Below are positions 12,679 through 26,742 of a DNA stretch of 64,000 nucleotides, in pieces. The stretch is from Octopus sinensis (taxonomy: Eukaryota). Numbering within the stretch: position 1 is the first letter of the stretch; every line of letters begins with the position of its first letter. Below the pieces are notes generated by a model, which saw only the letters and a list, made by a program, of their open reading frames with translations, had not been told where the DNA came from and made no database searches. The DNA is taken from positions 40,114,001 to 40,178,000 of the forward strand of contig NC_043004.1 in the NCBI RefSeq assembly GCF_006345805.1, in the 5' to 3' direction. Made by a program: the position numbers and the translations under genes.

Positions 12679-12809
12679 TATACCAACAGAATATCGCATT
12701 CCCACAAGGCAATACTGCACACACCTCAGTATCATAGAAGTGTAGTTAGTTGCACAGTAAAAACTCGCTTAAAACAATTGACTATTTTAATTTAATACTG
12801 CTTCAATTG

Positions 12810-13160
12810 GGTAGAAAAGGCTAAGGGTAAAGACCCACTTTGGTCATGAATAACCAGACGATTGTACCTAGAAAGTTCCCCTTCAAGGCACAAGTCCAGG
12901 TAAGGTTGTTTATGGAAGACCAGTGGTCCATGCATACGAGTCTCCCGTCTCCACGCCACTAATGTTATCCAAGGAAAAGGCAAAGGCTTATATAGCTTGG
13001 CACCAGTAACGTTGCAACTCATTTCTATAGCTGAGTGAACTAGAGCAACATGAAATAAAGTGTCTTGTTCAAGAATACAACACACAGCCCAGTCCTAGAA
13101 TTAAACTCGCTACCTCATGATTGTAAGCCTGGCACTCTAACCACTGTGCCATGCACCTAC
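12810..13160 (-). mobile_element. SINE type A
   Basis: Matches the other A copies. Confidence 0.85.
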
Positions 13161-13506
13161 AAATATTGTGTATACTGGATTATCTATTCAGCCTAGCTAC
13201 TATTCACAATACTAATGAGTGTATTATCCAATGTTTTTTTATATCAGAGGTGACATATCTCATTTAAGTATGTGGCTGGCTGTGAGATCATGTTGTTGAT
13301 AAAGCTCAACAAGACTGAAATGCATCTGGTGTCTGCACAAGCCACTACCAGGAAGATATTTTTGTGTCCTGATATATATTGAGTTTTTATGCACAGCATG
13401 TCTGTAAGAAATTTTATCACAGATGAAAACCAATGTAACATGCTTGCCAATGATATATATACATATATACATTAAGTATGATACATATATGACTATTATA
13501 ATAATA

Positions 13507-13851
13507 TGAAGGCACACGACTCAGTGGTTAGAGCGTCAGGCTCAAAATCATGAGGTTGTGAGTTCGATTCCGAAACCAGGCTGTGTGTTCTGTTTTTGAG
13601 CAAAACACTTTATTTCATGTTGTTCCAGATCACTCAGCTGTAGAAATGAGTTGCAACGTCACCGGTGCCAAGCTATATCAGCCTATGCCTTTCCCTTGGA
13701 TAACATCAGTAGCACGGAGAAGGGAGGCTGGTATGCACAGGCGACAGCTGGTCTTCCATAAACAACCTTGCCCTGGTTTGTGCCTCAGAGAGGAAATTTC
13801 TAAGTGCAATCCCATGGTCATTTCTGACTAAAGGAAGTGTTTACTTTTACC
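13507..13851 (+). mobile_element. SINE type A
   Basis: gactcagtggttagagcg head, gttcgattcc B box, A core and tail. Confidence 0.88.
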
Positions 13852-13889
13852 TTCACTTTTTACTATAATAATGATAACAATGTTAATAA

Positions 13890-14106
13890 CAATTTCTAAT
13901 AGCGTTTGAGTACCACAAATCGCAGAGGAGAGATTATTAGACACTGAAATCAGCATCAGTGGTCAACTGGTACTTTATTTTATCAGCCTTGAATGGATGA
14001 AAGGCAAAGGTGACCTCGGTAGGATTTGAACTCCCAATATGAAGAGCTGAAACAAATACTGCAAGGTATTTGTCAGGTGCTCTAACAATTCTGCCAATCC
14101 ATTGCT
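13890..14106 (-). mobile_element. Degraded SINE type C
   Basis: ggatgaaaggcaaaggtgacctcgg..gatttgaactc. Confidence 0.65.
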
Positions 14107-14354
14107 CTTACAATGATAACAACAACATTTGTCCTCAAAAGATACACAAGTAAAAAAAAACTTGGAACTAGAAATATTGAAGGTGTTTGGTATGGAAACC
14201 TTATTAATCTGGATAATCGATTCTCTTGATATGGTCATTTTAAGCAAGCAAAAGGATCAACTCAAAAGATATTGTGCCAACAAGAGAGCTTCCATGTGAT
14301 AACGTGTTCTGCGAAAACAATAGCAGCCTAATCTCCCTCAAATCATATCCTAAT

Positions 14355-14743
14355 GGCGTAGGAGTGGCTGTGTGGTAAGTAGCTTGCTTACCAACAACAT
14401 GGTTCCAGGTTCAGTCCCACTGTGTGGCACCTTGGGCAAGTGTCTTCTACTATAGCCTCAGGCCGACCAAAGCCTTGTGAGTGGATTTGGTAGACGGAAA
14501 CTGAAAGAAGCCCGTCATATATATGTGTGTATGTTTGTGTGTTGTGTTTATCCCCCCAACATCACTTGACAACCGATGCTGGTGTGTTTACGTCCCCGTA
14601 ATTTAGCGGTTCTGCAAAAGAGACCGATAGAATAAGTACTAGGCTTACAAAGAGTAAGTCCTGGGGTCGATTTCCTCGACTAAAGGTGGTGCTCCAGCAT
14701 GGCCACAGTCAAATGACTGAAACAAGTAAATGAGTAAATGAGT
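14355..14743 (+). mobile_element. SINE type D
   Basis: Full head, core, internal TG tract and tail. Confidence 0.9.
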
Positions 14744-15928
14744 AATGTTTTTATGCAATTATCTGCAACCGCTGCCAAATCCTAAACTGCACAAAACTGC
14801 AATTCCAATAGTAGCGTTGTTTAGAGCCAAAAATTAGAACTAAGAATTCTTATGTGTGATGAACAATATTTAGCCATTTTTCATTAGGAACTCTTCTCAG
14901 AAAATTTCTTGCTTGCACAGTGTACACTTATTTGTGTTTTATTGAGTGAGATTCTCTGTGCTTTTTTCTCTCTTTGATTTTTGAGCATTATGGTATTTAA
15001 TACATAAAGTGATGAGTTAGAATTAGGTGATATTATTTATTAATGATATAATAGCAAATACAGTTTGGAACTGGAGTGATATTTTAGTGTCATCTATAAA
15101 AACCCAGTTAAGTAATATTGATTCCGAGCAGGAATGGAGCTCTCATGAAGTTGATACTGCATTGAAGCTTTCATTAACGAATGGTAAAGATTAAATAGAA
15201 AAACATTAATTCACTGATGTATTTTATATGTAGGATCTCTGCATACTAATGGATTTATGAGGAGAGCATAATTATTGTAATAAGAGTAAATAACACTAAT
15301 TTGTTGAGCTTTACAAAACCTCTGAATGGAGGAGATGAAGGCATATAGCAAAATTGTTTTTCTAATGGGGGTAGTGCCCCTTCTAAGTTACATAGACTAA
15401 TTGCAGAACAAATTTAGGTCCTGTGTCAAGAAATCAATGCCCAGAAATTGATATCTTGTAAAATATATGAGAAATCACCAATTTGTAATTAACTTAATAC
15501 GTAACACTATTCAACCTATCTTTACCGGTGAAAGTGACATGACAACAGGTAAAAATCAACAACAGATAAAAACCAGGTTCACAATGTACACCAATGTTCA
15601 TTAAATAGTATTAGCAAATGTTATCCAAACTCTTGAAATTGCTATATTTTTATAAATTTCATTCAATACTGAGCTAATTGCATTTCATCAAAATCTCTAG
15701 CTTCTAACAAGATTACTAGAAGATTTATACAGAAAAAGCACTGAATTTAAAGAGAAGGAATACAACACATCAACAATATAACAGGAAGATCATGGAATAA
15801 ATTTGAACATAGGTTTCTTGGATCGGGACCGACCTGGGCTATGCAACAACTGAGAGTCTTCTAGAGACCCCTACATAATCTACAAACACATAGAATATAT
15901 ATGTATATATGAATATATATATGTATAT

Positions 15929-16159
15929 ATTTCTTTATTGCCCACAAGGGGCTAAACATAGAGGGGAAAAACAAGGACAGATAAAGGGATTAAGTCGCTT
16001 ACATCGATCCCAGTGCGTAACTGGTACTTAATTTATCGACCCAAGAGGATGAAAGGCAAAGTCGACCTCGGCGGAATTTGAACTCAGAATGTAACGACAG
16101 ACGAAATACCGCTAAGCATTTCGCCCAGCGCGCTACCGTGTCTGCCAGGTCGCCGCCTT
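15929..16159 (-). mobile_element. SINE type C
   Basis: Full copy; flanked on both sides by atatgaatatatatat. Confidence 0.9.
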
Positions 16160-16429
16160 ATATGAATATATATATATATGTATATATATATGTATATATA
16201 TATATGTATATATATATGTATATATGTATATATATGTAGATACATATGTATATACACAATAGAGACAGTAAAGTCCTCATGTCGCCAATCCTAAATGCAG
16301 CTTAAGCATGACATGTGATGACTGGTGGTTGTACAACAACAACTAACAATTAAGCAAATACTGTGAAAAATTTACTAATAAACTGAATGTGAATGAAAAA
16401 AACGGGGGTGGGGCAAAAAACAAGGAACA

Positions 16430-16645
16430 ATGATGGAGAACGGTGATGATGGTGATAATGATGATGACAACGACAACAAATGAAGATGAACAATGATGTT
16501 GAATGAATGATGATGATGGACAATAACGATGATGAACAATGATGACTGATGATGATGATGATGATGATGATGAAGCGGCTACTGCTTCTGTTGCTGTTGA
16601 TGATGATGATGATGATGATGAAGAGGCTACTGCTTCTGTTGCTGT

Positions 16646-16696
<51 letters not shown>

Positions 16697-16890
16697 TACG
16701 ATAATGATGTTGATCTTCATCGTTATGATAAACGATGAAAAACGGGGGATGATTTTTAATCACTACATTGTTCTGCTCTTTCAACCTACAGCCATGATGA
16801 CGACGACGACGACAATGACCACCACCGCCACCACCACCACCACCACCACTATCACCACTACAACCATCAGTGGTTCGAACGATGATGAAT
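16430..16890. repeat. (GAT)n/(CCA)n low-complexity tract
   Basis: Seen directly; source of the poly-Asp and poly-Ser ORFs. Confidence 0.9.
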
Positions 16891-17160
16891 GTCGATTTTG
16901 ACTTTGATCCTCCTAACAATTGACAAAAAAATAATGAGGTAGCAACCAAACATGTCAGCATCGATGTGTACAAACCTGTTTATCAAACTGGTCAAACTGG
17001 TTGGGCCCCACCTATCTGTGTACCCAAGTGTCACATTCTATTCTTCATCTTTTATATTCTCATTATTCTACTAGCACCAGTCACTGGACAATGGCCATGC
17101 TGGAGCTAAACCTTCAAGGGTTTTATTCAATTACATTGACCACCCCTACCCTTACTACTG

Positions 17161-17383
17161 GCACTCAGTCGGTTATGACACAAGAGTTGCGGCTGATCTG
17201 ATCAACGGAACAGCCTGTTTGGGTAATTACTGTGTAAGTGGCTGAGCACTCCACAGACATGTGTACCCCTAACGTTCTGGGAGATTCAGTATAACAAAAA
17301 ATATACAAGGCTGGCCCTTTGAATTACAGGTACTACTCATTTTTTCCAGCTGAGTGGACTGGAGCAACATGATATAAAGTGTG
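17161..17383 (-). mobile_element. Hybrid SINE (A core plus B1 tail), 5' truncated
   Basis: Minus strand gttgctccagtccactcagctgg runs into the B1 tail, as at 56821-57140. Confidence 0.75.
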
Positions 17384-17885
<502 letters not shown>

Positions 17886-18340
17886 TTTCTCATGTTGCTT
17901 AAAACTTTAAGATTTAGATAACTCTTTTCTAAATACTTTTTTAGATTAACACTGATGAGAGAAATGTAGATGATTGCTATGACTGGAATTAACTCACCCA
18001 GATCAGCCTATATTTTCTCAGAATTTTGTACCTGCTGAAGATACTTGTAGTCTTCTTAAAATCATTTTATACCAATATTCTCATCTATTTGGATAACTGG
18101 TATTCATTCACCGTCCTCATATTTTAATATCTTTATTGATTTTAATACAGACATACAACCTCGCAAGTACATTTATGTATTTATATATTTATATATTTTT
18201 ATATTTTTTATGTATTTTTATATTATATCATGTGTATATGAGTGCACCCAATGTCTACTGTGAGGTATTCCGATGCTTTGAAATATATTGAGTGAATATG
18301 AACACAGACCTTTGAAAATTTGTTCTCTTTATCTTGGCTT

Positions 18341-18367
<27 letters not shown>

Positions 18368-18373
<6 letters not shown>

Positions 18374-18614
18374 CACGTAAAATGCACCATCCGATCGTGG
18401 CCGTTTGCCAGCCTCATCTGGCACCTGTGCAGGTGGTATGTAAAAAGCACCCACTACACTCACAGAGTGGTTGGCATTAGGAAGGGCATCCAGCTGTAGA
18501 AACACTGCCAGATCAGACTGGGCCTGGCGCAGCCTTCTGGCTTCCCAGACCCCAGTTGAACCGTCCAACCCATGCTAGCAAGGAAAACGGACGTTAAACA
18601 ATGATGATGATGAT
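18368..18614 (+). mobile_element. RTE 3' UTR
   Basis: Same conserved tail, ending (gat)n. Confidence 0.85.
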
Positions 18615-18620
18615 ATATAT

Positions 18621-19679
18621 AAATCAAAAGTTACCTGCACTTTCACCATAACATACCTTCATTATTGTCACACTGGCTTCTGCGCACAAATGCATATAAT
18701 TGGGACTATTGTGGTCATGTGATCATTTTTCATTCTGGAATTACAGTGTAAGCATGGCTGCTTCACTAGCAATCTGCACCAAAGAAGTACAAAGAGCAGC
18801 GATCTGAGTTCTCTGGTGGGAAGGTGTGTCAGGTGTTGAAATTCATTGGAGGCTTTTAGCACAGTACGGGGATAGTGCACTACTGCATAGCAGGTGTGTA
18901 TGAGTAGATCGAGAAGCGGACAAACAATTGTAGCGCACAAAGATGGAGCAGGGCACTCATTAACCTCCACTACTGACGAGAAGATTCGATAAGCTCAAAA
19001 AACAGTAATGGTGAACTGGTTCACCATGACCACCTCTCGGATCACTGCTCTTTGTTCTTCTTTGGTGCATATTGCGGATCTTTTCGGTTTGAACGGCAGT
19101 TTTTTCTAGCGGTGTCATATGAAATTGTCACCCACAATTACGACCCTAGTATCAATCTATTGCATTATAATCTATTTTAGGGTTAGGATTAGGGGTGGGA
19201 GGAAGGGTATCTTTTTTTCTTCACAAATGTAAATAAACCCAATCTGTTTCTTAAACGAGGGACATATTTATACGGCACAGAATGATTTTTACCTCAATAG
19301 ACGTCAGTGATTGGTTGAAATTGCAGAAATTGAAGAAAAACAAAACAACAAATATCTTACAAACTATAGAATTTTCTCAATAAAGCCAAGAGAAAAAGAT
19401 GTTTTATAAAGACATTCTACCAGTATACGAAGTTTAGAATTTTTTAGTTACCTAGAAATTATGTTAAAAACTGCCGTTCAAACCGAAAAGATCCCATATT
19501 TTCTAGTGGAGTAGCCATGCTTACACTATAAAGCCAGAAAGGAAAATGGCACAATCAGGCTCAAACGTTGAAAACATGCCCACAACAGTACCAACTATAA
19601 GCATGCATGTGCAGAAGGCAGTGTGGCAATAATAAAGATATGTTATGGCGAAAGGTCATTTTTGACTTCCCTTTGTGTA
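18621..19679 (+). mobile_element. Mariner-derived element made of two inverted 5' ends
   Basis: ATG at 18754: MAASLAICTKEVQRAAI*VLWWEGVSGVEIHWRLLAQYGDSAL..VYE*IEK..GAGHSLTSTTDEKIR (mariner N-terminal HTH region). 19037-19075 plus 19503-19677 is a diverged reverse complement of 18621-18805. Confidence 0.8.
19076..19494 (+). mobile_element. MITE with 29-bp GG-terminal TIRs and 8-bp TSD (Merlin-like, inferred)
   Basis: TIR ggatcttttcggtttgaacggcagttttt; TSD catattgc on the left, degraded to catatttt on the right. Confidence 0.85.
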
Positions 19680-19727
19680 TATATACAACTGGTACTTTGT
19701 TGGTTATGACAATGAGAGTTCCAGTTC

Positions 19728-20198
19728 TTTTTACTTATTGTCGGTCTCTTTTGCTGAATCACTAAGTTACAGGGGGATGTAAACACACCAACACCGGTTG
19801 TCAAGCAGTGATGGTGGTGGTGGTGGTGGTGGACAAACACAGACACACAAGAACAAACACACATACACACACACACACACATGTATAATATATATATATA
19901 CACACATACACACGTATAATCTATATATACATATATACATGTGGCGGTGCCCCAGCATGGCCACAGCTCGTGAGCTGAAACTAGATAAAATGAAAAAAAA
20001 ATGAAAATGATACACACGCATACACACACACACACACACACACATACAAAGAGCTTCTTTCAGTTTCCATCTACCAAATTTACTAACGGTTTCCACACAG
20101 TGCCCAAGGTGCCACACAGTGGGATTGAATCTTGAACCATGTGATTGGAAAGCAAGTTTTACTACCACACAACCCTTAATCATACAGCCATACCTGTG
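19728..20198 (-). mobile_element. SINE type D, tail truncated
   Basis: D head and core with a long internal microsatellite. Confidence 0.75.
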
Positions 20199-20579
20199 TC
20201 CATACTCCATAAAGAATCTTCTGTACTCAAACAAAGAAGGAAATGACCATATTCGATGGTGACACTCCAGGTAGATGTCAGAACTGAATCAGTATAACAT
20301 CAATGTTACACCATCGTTTTACATTCACTTTTCCATGCTTGCATGGGTCAGACAGAAGAAAAGTTTTCCATGGCTGGGTACCCTTCCTGTCACCTATCCT
20401 CACCTGTTTCCAAGCAAGGGAATATTTTCACATAGCTAGACATATCTTTTCATAGAAGACTGGAAATAAACAATCTTACTTGTACAATATTGAGGCTCAC
20501 TAACAACCATCACACAACATCTAGACAATGGTACACAAACACATTCACACTCACACATGTGTATGTATGTGTGTGTGTC

Positions 20580-20987
20580 TCTTTCTCTTTCTCCTTTTAC
20601 TTGTTTCAGTCATTTTGACTGCGGCCATGCTGGTGCACTGCCTTTAATCGAGCAACTCGATCCCGGGACTTATTCTTTGTAAGCCCAGTACTTATTCTAT
20701 CGGTCTCTTTTGCCAAACTGCTAAGTTACGGGGACGTAAACACACCAGCATCGGTTGTCAAGCAATGCTAGGGGGACAAATACAGACACACAAACATACA
20801 TGCACATACATATATATACATATATACGACGGGATTCTTTCAGTTTCTATCAACCAAATCCACTCACAAGGCTTTGGTCGGCCCGAGGCTATAGTAGAAG
20901 ACACATGCCCAAGGTGCCACGCAGTGGGACTGAACCCGGAACCATGTGGTTGGTAAACAAGTTACTTACCACACAGCCACTCCTATA
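20580..20987 (-). mobile_element. SINE type D
   Basis: Full-length match to the other D copies. Confidence 0.88.
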
Positions 20988-21435
20988 CACACACACATAC
21001 ATGTTTGTATACACACACACACACACATACAGGTCTGTATATACACACGCGCACACACACAACAGCCTGGAGCTACAGTAGATGACATTTACCAAAGGTA
21101 CCATGAAAAGAGAATGAACCCAAGACCACATCGATGGGACGCAAGCTTCTTAACCACACAGCTATGCTTGCCTCTTTTTCCATTATCTTCAAAATGAGGG
21201 GATCTGAAGTTTTAAGTTTCAGATCTTATAACGGTGTAATCCACAATGAAAATGGCATGTTCAGCATTCAAAAATATTCGTCAAATTCTTCAGATTCTTT
21301 CAAACCAGTCTCCCTATCTTAAACACTCCTGGCTGGGGCTGACCAAAGACTATCCTTCTACCATCAATACCATGACCATTCAACCAGATTTAGTTAAGAA
21401 CCAAGTCAAAATCTTCCTAAAATCACACCCAACTG

Positions 21436-21469
<34 letters not shown>

Positions 21470-21885
21470 TTAATGTCCATTGGCATGGGTTGGACAGTTT
21501 GACCAGAGCTGGCGAGATGAGGAGCTGCACCAGACTCTAGTCTGATTTGGCATGGTTTCTACAGCTAAATGCCTTTCCTAAGACCAAGCACTTTACAGAA
21601 TGTGCTGGGTGCTTTTACATGGTACCACATGGGCACTTTTACATAGCACCACATGGGCACTTTTACATGGCACCACATGGACGCTTTTACACGGCACCAC
21701 ATGGACACTTTTACATAGCACCACATGGACACTTTTATGTGGCACCACATGGGCGCTTTTACATGGCACCACATGGGCACTTTTACACGGCACCACATGG
21801 ACACTTTTACATGGTACCACATGGACACTTTTACATAGCACCACATGGGCATTTTTACGTGGCACTGCACAGGTGCTTTTTTGTA
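21436..21885 (-). mobile_element. RTE 3' UTR carrying a 24-bp minisatellite expansion
   Basis: (CAT)n tail; about 10.5 copies of cttttacatggcaccacatgggca at 21612-21866. Confidence 0.85.
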
Positions 21886-22668
21886 ACACCATCATAAGTA
21901 CTTTACACCACCTGCAAGCACAGTCTTAATACTTCTACAGAGTACAGGTCTTCTTGAGTACAGCCAGGAGCCAGGTATCTTGGTCCTTTGTCTTAAAAAA
22001 AGAACCCTACATTGTATAATGTAATCCTAGATATATTATGTCAGATATACTATGTCAGAATATTATGACATATATATAGATACATTATGTCAGAAAATTG
22101 ATGGGATGATCATGGTTAGAATGTCTTTCATTGTAGGTCTGCCCAATAATTACTGACCTGGAGCTAGGCAACAATAACAATAGATTTACAACCAGTATGG
22201 AGAAGAAACCAACTATGCTTCTTCTTCACTGAACAAGAAGGAAATATTTTTCTGTGATATATAAAGAATTTTATGAGTAATCATAAAATTCTATACAAGA
22301 CAATGTCTGAAACTTGCTTAAACCCAGAAAAGTGTGTGTGTGTTTCTGTGTGTGTGTATCTGTGTGTGATGTATGTGCATGTATGTATGTGTGCTTTCAT
22401 ACATGTGTGTGCATTTGTGTGTGCATGTTTGTGTGCATATGTGTGTGCACCTTCATACATGTGCATGTGTGTGTGTGTGTTCTTAAAATAGATCAGTCTT
22501 TCAATCTGTCTATTACAAAATGGTTGGCTGACAGATCATTGAACTTAGTCATCATAAACAGGTTAACCACAACTATTACACAAACCAGCACCACAACAAT
22601 AACGGTATTAAAGAAATGCTTAAATATACAGAACTAAAATTAAATATTTTTTAATGCATATACATATA

Positions 22669-22862
22669 TCATCATCATCATCATCACTTAACATCCATAT
22701 CCAATGCTGACAAAGGTTACATGGTTTGACAGGATCCAGCATTTCCAAAGACTGCACCTTGCCCCAGTGTCTACTCTGGCATAGTTTCTACTGCTGGATG
22801 CCCTTCCTAATGCCAACCACTTTATAGCATGTACTAAGTGCTTTTTATGTGACACCAGCACA
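22669..22862 (-). mobile_element. Degraded RTE 3' UTR
   Basis: (CAT)n tail, ctggatgcccttcctaatgccaaccac. Confidence 0.75.
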
Positions 22863-23542
22863 AAAGAGCTCACCATACAGCCTGTAAGACTAAGATCCCC
22901 TTTTTCTGAGAAGAGAAGGAGGCAGCTTTACACTACGAGAAGAGAGGTTAAAATATAAGAGAAGGGGCCAGAACAGAATGAGTTTCTTGCAGTAGGGGAA
23001 CTACACAGCTTTTCACATTATAAAAGATGGGTCAGAAGTGAGTGTGTTGGAATGGAAAGAGACGTACGTACGTATGTATGTATGTATGTATGTATGTATT
23101 TATGTATGTATTCTTCACCTTGGAACTTCCCATCCCTTATTCTTAACCTTCCTTGTTCTCCCACACTATTAACCCCAGACACTGCCTTCATGTGTTTTCA
23201 GATAGCTCTCTCCTTCTATCATACTCCATCTTATCCTCTTGCATGCCTGCTATTATTTTCAATGCACTTTCACATCTACTATCATACCAACCCACTATAC
23301 ACACTCTGAGCTACCCTCACATCACCTTCACTGTGCTCCTATATCTTACACATCAACCTTCTACCTTATGATCTATCGTCCTCCTTGAGCAACTGCTATC
23401 TCTCCCTCACCTTACTCACTGATAAATTTCATCCCAACTGCTTCTCCTCTTTTTCACAGCATTCAATACATCCCCCTCTGCCCTACTCTCTAACCATCTG
23501 TTACTCTCCCCTCACATTCTTATGCAACCCCTTCCAAATACC

Positions 23543-23773
23543 TATTTCTTTACTGCCCACTAGGAGCTAAACACAGAGGGGACAAACAAGGACAGACAAA
23601 CGGATTAAGTTGATTACATTGACCCCAGTGTGTAACTGGTACTTAATTTATCAACCCCAAAAGGATGAAAGGCAAAGTCGACCTCGGCGGAATTTGAACT
23701 CAGAATGTAACGGCAGATGAAGTACGGCTACGCATTTCGCCCGGCGTGCTAACAATTCAGCCAGCTCGCCGCC
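23543..23773 (-). mobile_element. SINE type C
   Basis: Full copy with an imperfect TSD ttcc(a/t)aatacc. Confidence 0.88.
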
Positions 23774-24198
23774 TTCCTAATACCACCCACACACACACTT
23801 AGCCTTGGGGGCTTTTTTCTTTCTTGTTTTCTTCTGTCTTGCAACTTACTCGGTAACTTCATGGTGCCAGTGGCATAAAAATATTGTGCCCGGTGCACAC
23901 TGTAAGCTGGTTGGTGATAAGAAGGATATCCAACCGTAGAGAGCAGACCAAAGCTGAGACTGGAGCTCAGTGCAACCCTATGGCTTACCAGTTTCTGTCA
24001 AAGCATGCAACCTATGCAGCAGGTTTCAATGTGTAAATCTTTCGGGGTCGTTTGTAGCATATCCTTATGCTGCTTCTTGGGGGCACCACAGTTTCAACAG
24101 CCAGAAGACAATTCTCCATCGAGTACAATCGTTGACAGGCAATGGTCCACCATTCTGGAGACATGCCCTGCCTAGCACAGCTGTGTCTTCATAAGAAT

Positions 24199-24316
24199 CA
24201 GGGCTGTGGAGTCGAAACCAAAAACTTCGACTCTGACACTTCGACTCTGACTCTGAATCAGACTCCTGTACTACTGGCACCTCCGACACCGACTCTGATT
24301 CCAACGCTGACTCAGC
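24199..24316 (+). mobile_element. Fragment of a (GACTCC)n-containing dispersed element
   Basis: cagggctgtggagtcgaaac..gactct/gactcc repeats; second copy at 49743. Confidence 0.6.
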
Positions 24317-24520
24317 TGTAAAAATGAGTTGCAACATCACTGGTGCCAGGCTGTTTTGGTCTTTGTCTTTCCCTTGGATAACATCGCTGGCATGGAGAGG
24401 AGAGGCTGGCATGCATGGGCGGCTACTGGTCTTCCATAAGCAACCTTGCCCGGACTTGTGCCTCGGAGAGTAATTTTCTAGGTGTAACCCCATGGTCATT
24501 CATGACCGAAGAGGGTCACC
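24311..24520 (+). mobile_element. SINE type A, 3' half
   Basis: Matches the A tail. Confidence 0.8.
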
Positions 24521-24608
24521 TCATATATACACATACACTTTTTATACACCCATACACATTATTCTCTTTTCTCTCTTACTTGTTTCAGCCACTGGACAGT
24601 GGCCATGC

Positions 24609-24642
<34 letters not shown>

Positions 24643-25290
24643 GTACACTTGATTTTTAATAGCAGGTGACCTAAGTAGTTCCATTTTCTTTCAAGTAATA
24701 CTCAACCGATGCAGATTTTCTGCTATCTTATTAGATTGTAGATTGGAAAAGCTTACAATAAAAGATGGAATCCATTTGAGAACATTACAACGGTGGCATT
24801 GAGCAGAAGAGGAGAGAAAACGGAAACAATCAGAACAACAAAAGCAAAATACACCTGTAAACAGTGGGAGGGGAAAAGAAAAGAAAAAAACCCAGCTCTA
24901 TAAAAGAATTTGCTTCATAGAGATTAAGGAATGTAGAAGTAGAGGTATTGGATCCTGCAAATGTATATATATATATATATATATACATGTGTGTATGTGA
25001 TATATATATATATATATATATATATACATGTGTATGTGTGAGTGTAGATATGTAAATGTATATATACACATATATAAATATGTGTGTGTATGTATGTTTG
25101 TATGTATATATTATATATATATATATATAAGATGATGAAGAGAATGATGATGATACACACACAAACATACACATACACACACACTGTGCATGACAATACT
25201 TTTGCAGGAGAATCGGGTATATTTTCTTCATTTTTGCCATGCATATATTTATCTTGCTCTAGTTCCTATTTGTACATCCAGATATTTTAT

Positions 25291-25323
<33 letters not shown>

Positions 25324-25423
25324 TATGAATAAATTTATATGTATGTGTGTTTGTGTAAGTATACACACACACATACATATCTACATACATACACACATAT
25401 ATATACACACATATACATATATT

Positions 25424-25489
<66 letters not shown>

Positions 25490-25490
25490 T

Positions 25491-26218
25491 ACACACATGG
25501 AGACACAAACACACATGGAGACACAAACACACATGGAGATACACAAACACACATGGAGACACACAAACACACATGGAGACACACAAACATACATGGAGAC
25601 ACACAAACACACATGGAGACACAAACACACATAGAGACACACAAATACACATGGGGACACACAAACACACATGGAGACACAAACACACATGGAGACACAA
25701 ACACACATGGAGACATACAAACACACATGGAGACACACAAACACACATGGAGACACACAAACACACATGGAGACACACAAACACACATGGAGACACACAA
25801 ACATACATGGAGACACACAAACACACATGGAGACACAAACACACATAGAGACACACAAATACACATGGGGACACACAAACACACATGGAGACACAAACAC
25901 ACATGGAGACACAAACACACATGGAGACATACAAACACACATGGAGACACACAAACACACATGGAGACACACAAACACACATGGAGACACACAAACACAC
26001 ATGGAGACACAAACACACATGGAGACACAAACACACATGGAGACACACAAACACACATGGAGACACACAAACACACATGGAGACACACAAACACACATGG
26101 AGACACACAAACACACATGGAGACACAAACACACATGGAGACACACAAACACACATGGAGACACACAAACACACATGGAGACACACAAACACACATGGAG
26201 ACACAAACACACATGGAG
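25491..26218. repeat. 18/20-bp minisatellite ACACACATGGAGACA(CA)CAA with a 214-bp higher-order duplication
   Basis: Variant bases recur at exactly +214 (25590/25804, 25633/25847, 25646/25860). Confidence 0.93.
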
Positions 26219-26339
26219 GATTACTCAGTGCTCATTTATAAACAACATATACATTAAAATGTAAAGATATATAGAAAAATTTAATAAACAATGTATACGC
26301 AAACATGCACACATATAAATAAAAATTGTAAAATATAAA

Positions 26340-26360
26340 TGTGCACTTGTATGTGTGTGT

Positions 26361-26391
<31 letters not shown>

Positions 26392-26448
26392 CATGTATGT
26401 GTGTGTGTGTGTATACATATATATATATACATATGTATATATATATTA

Positions 26449-26508
<60 letters not shown>

Positions 26509-26514
26509 CATATG

Positions 26515-26600
<86 letters not shown>
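26340..26600. repeat. (TG)n/(TA)n microsatellite
   Basis: Seen directly. Confidence 0.95.
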
Positions 26601-26709
26601 GAATGAATAGAAAAAGAGTACATTTGTTCAAATATATGTTGCTGCATGTGTACAGATACTCAAAAATATATAAATCTGTAACAAAAGAAATTTCTGCATA
26701 TAATGTGTA

Positions 26710-26742
<33 letters not shown>

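Noticed and set aside
18973-18990. CTGACGA hammerhead core match
   Set aside because: No helix II or GAAA follows; it is mariner coding sequence (TDEK).
19177-19200. TTAGGG-like telomeric sequence
   Set aside because: Only two or three imperfect units, internal to the MITE and present in all three copies.
25259-26264. Long ORFs of 197-317 aa on both strands
   Set aside because: They are translations of the 18/20-bp minisatellite; open in many frames with no protein-like composition.
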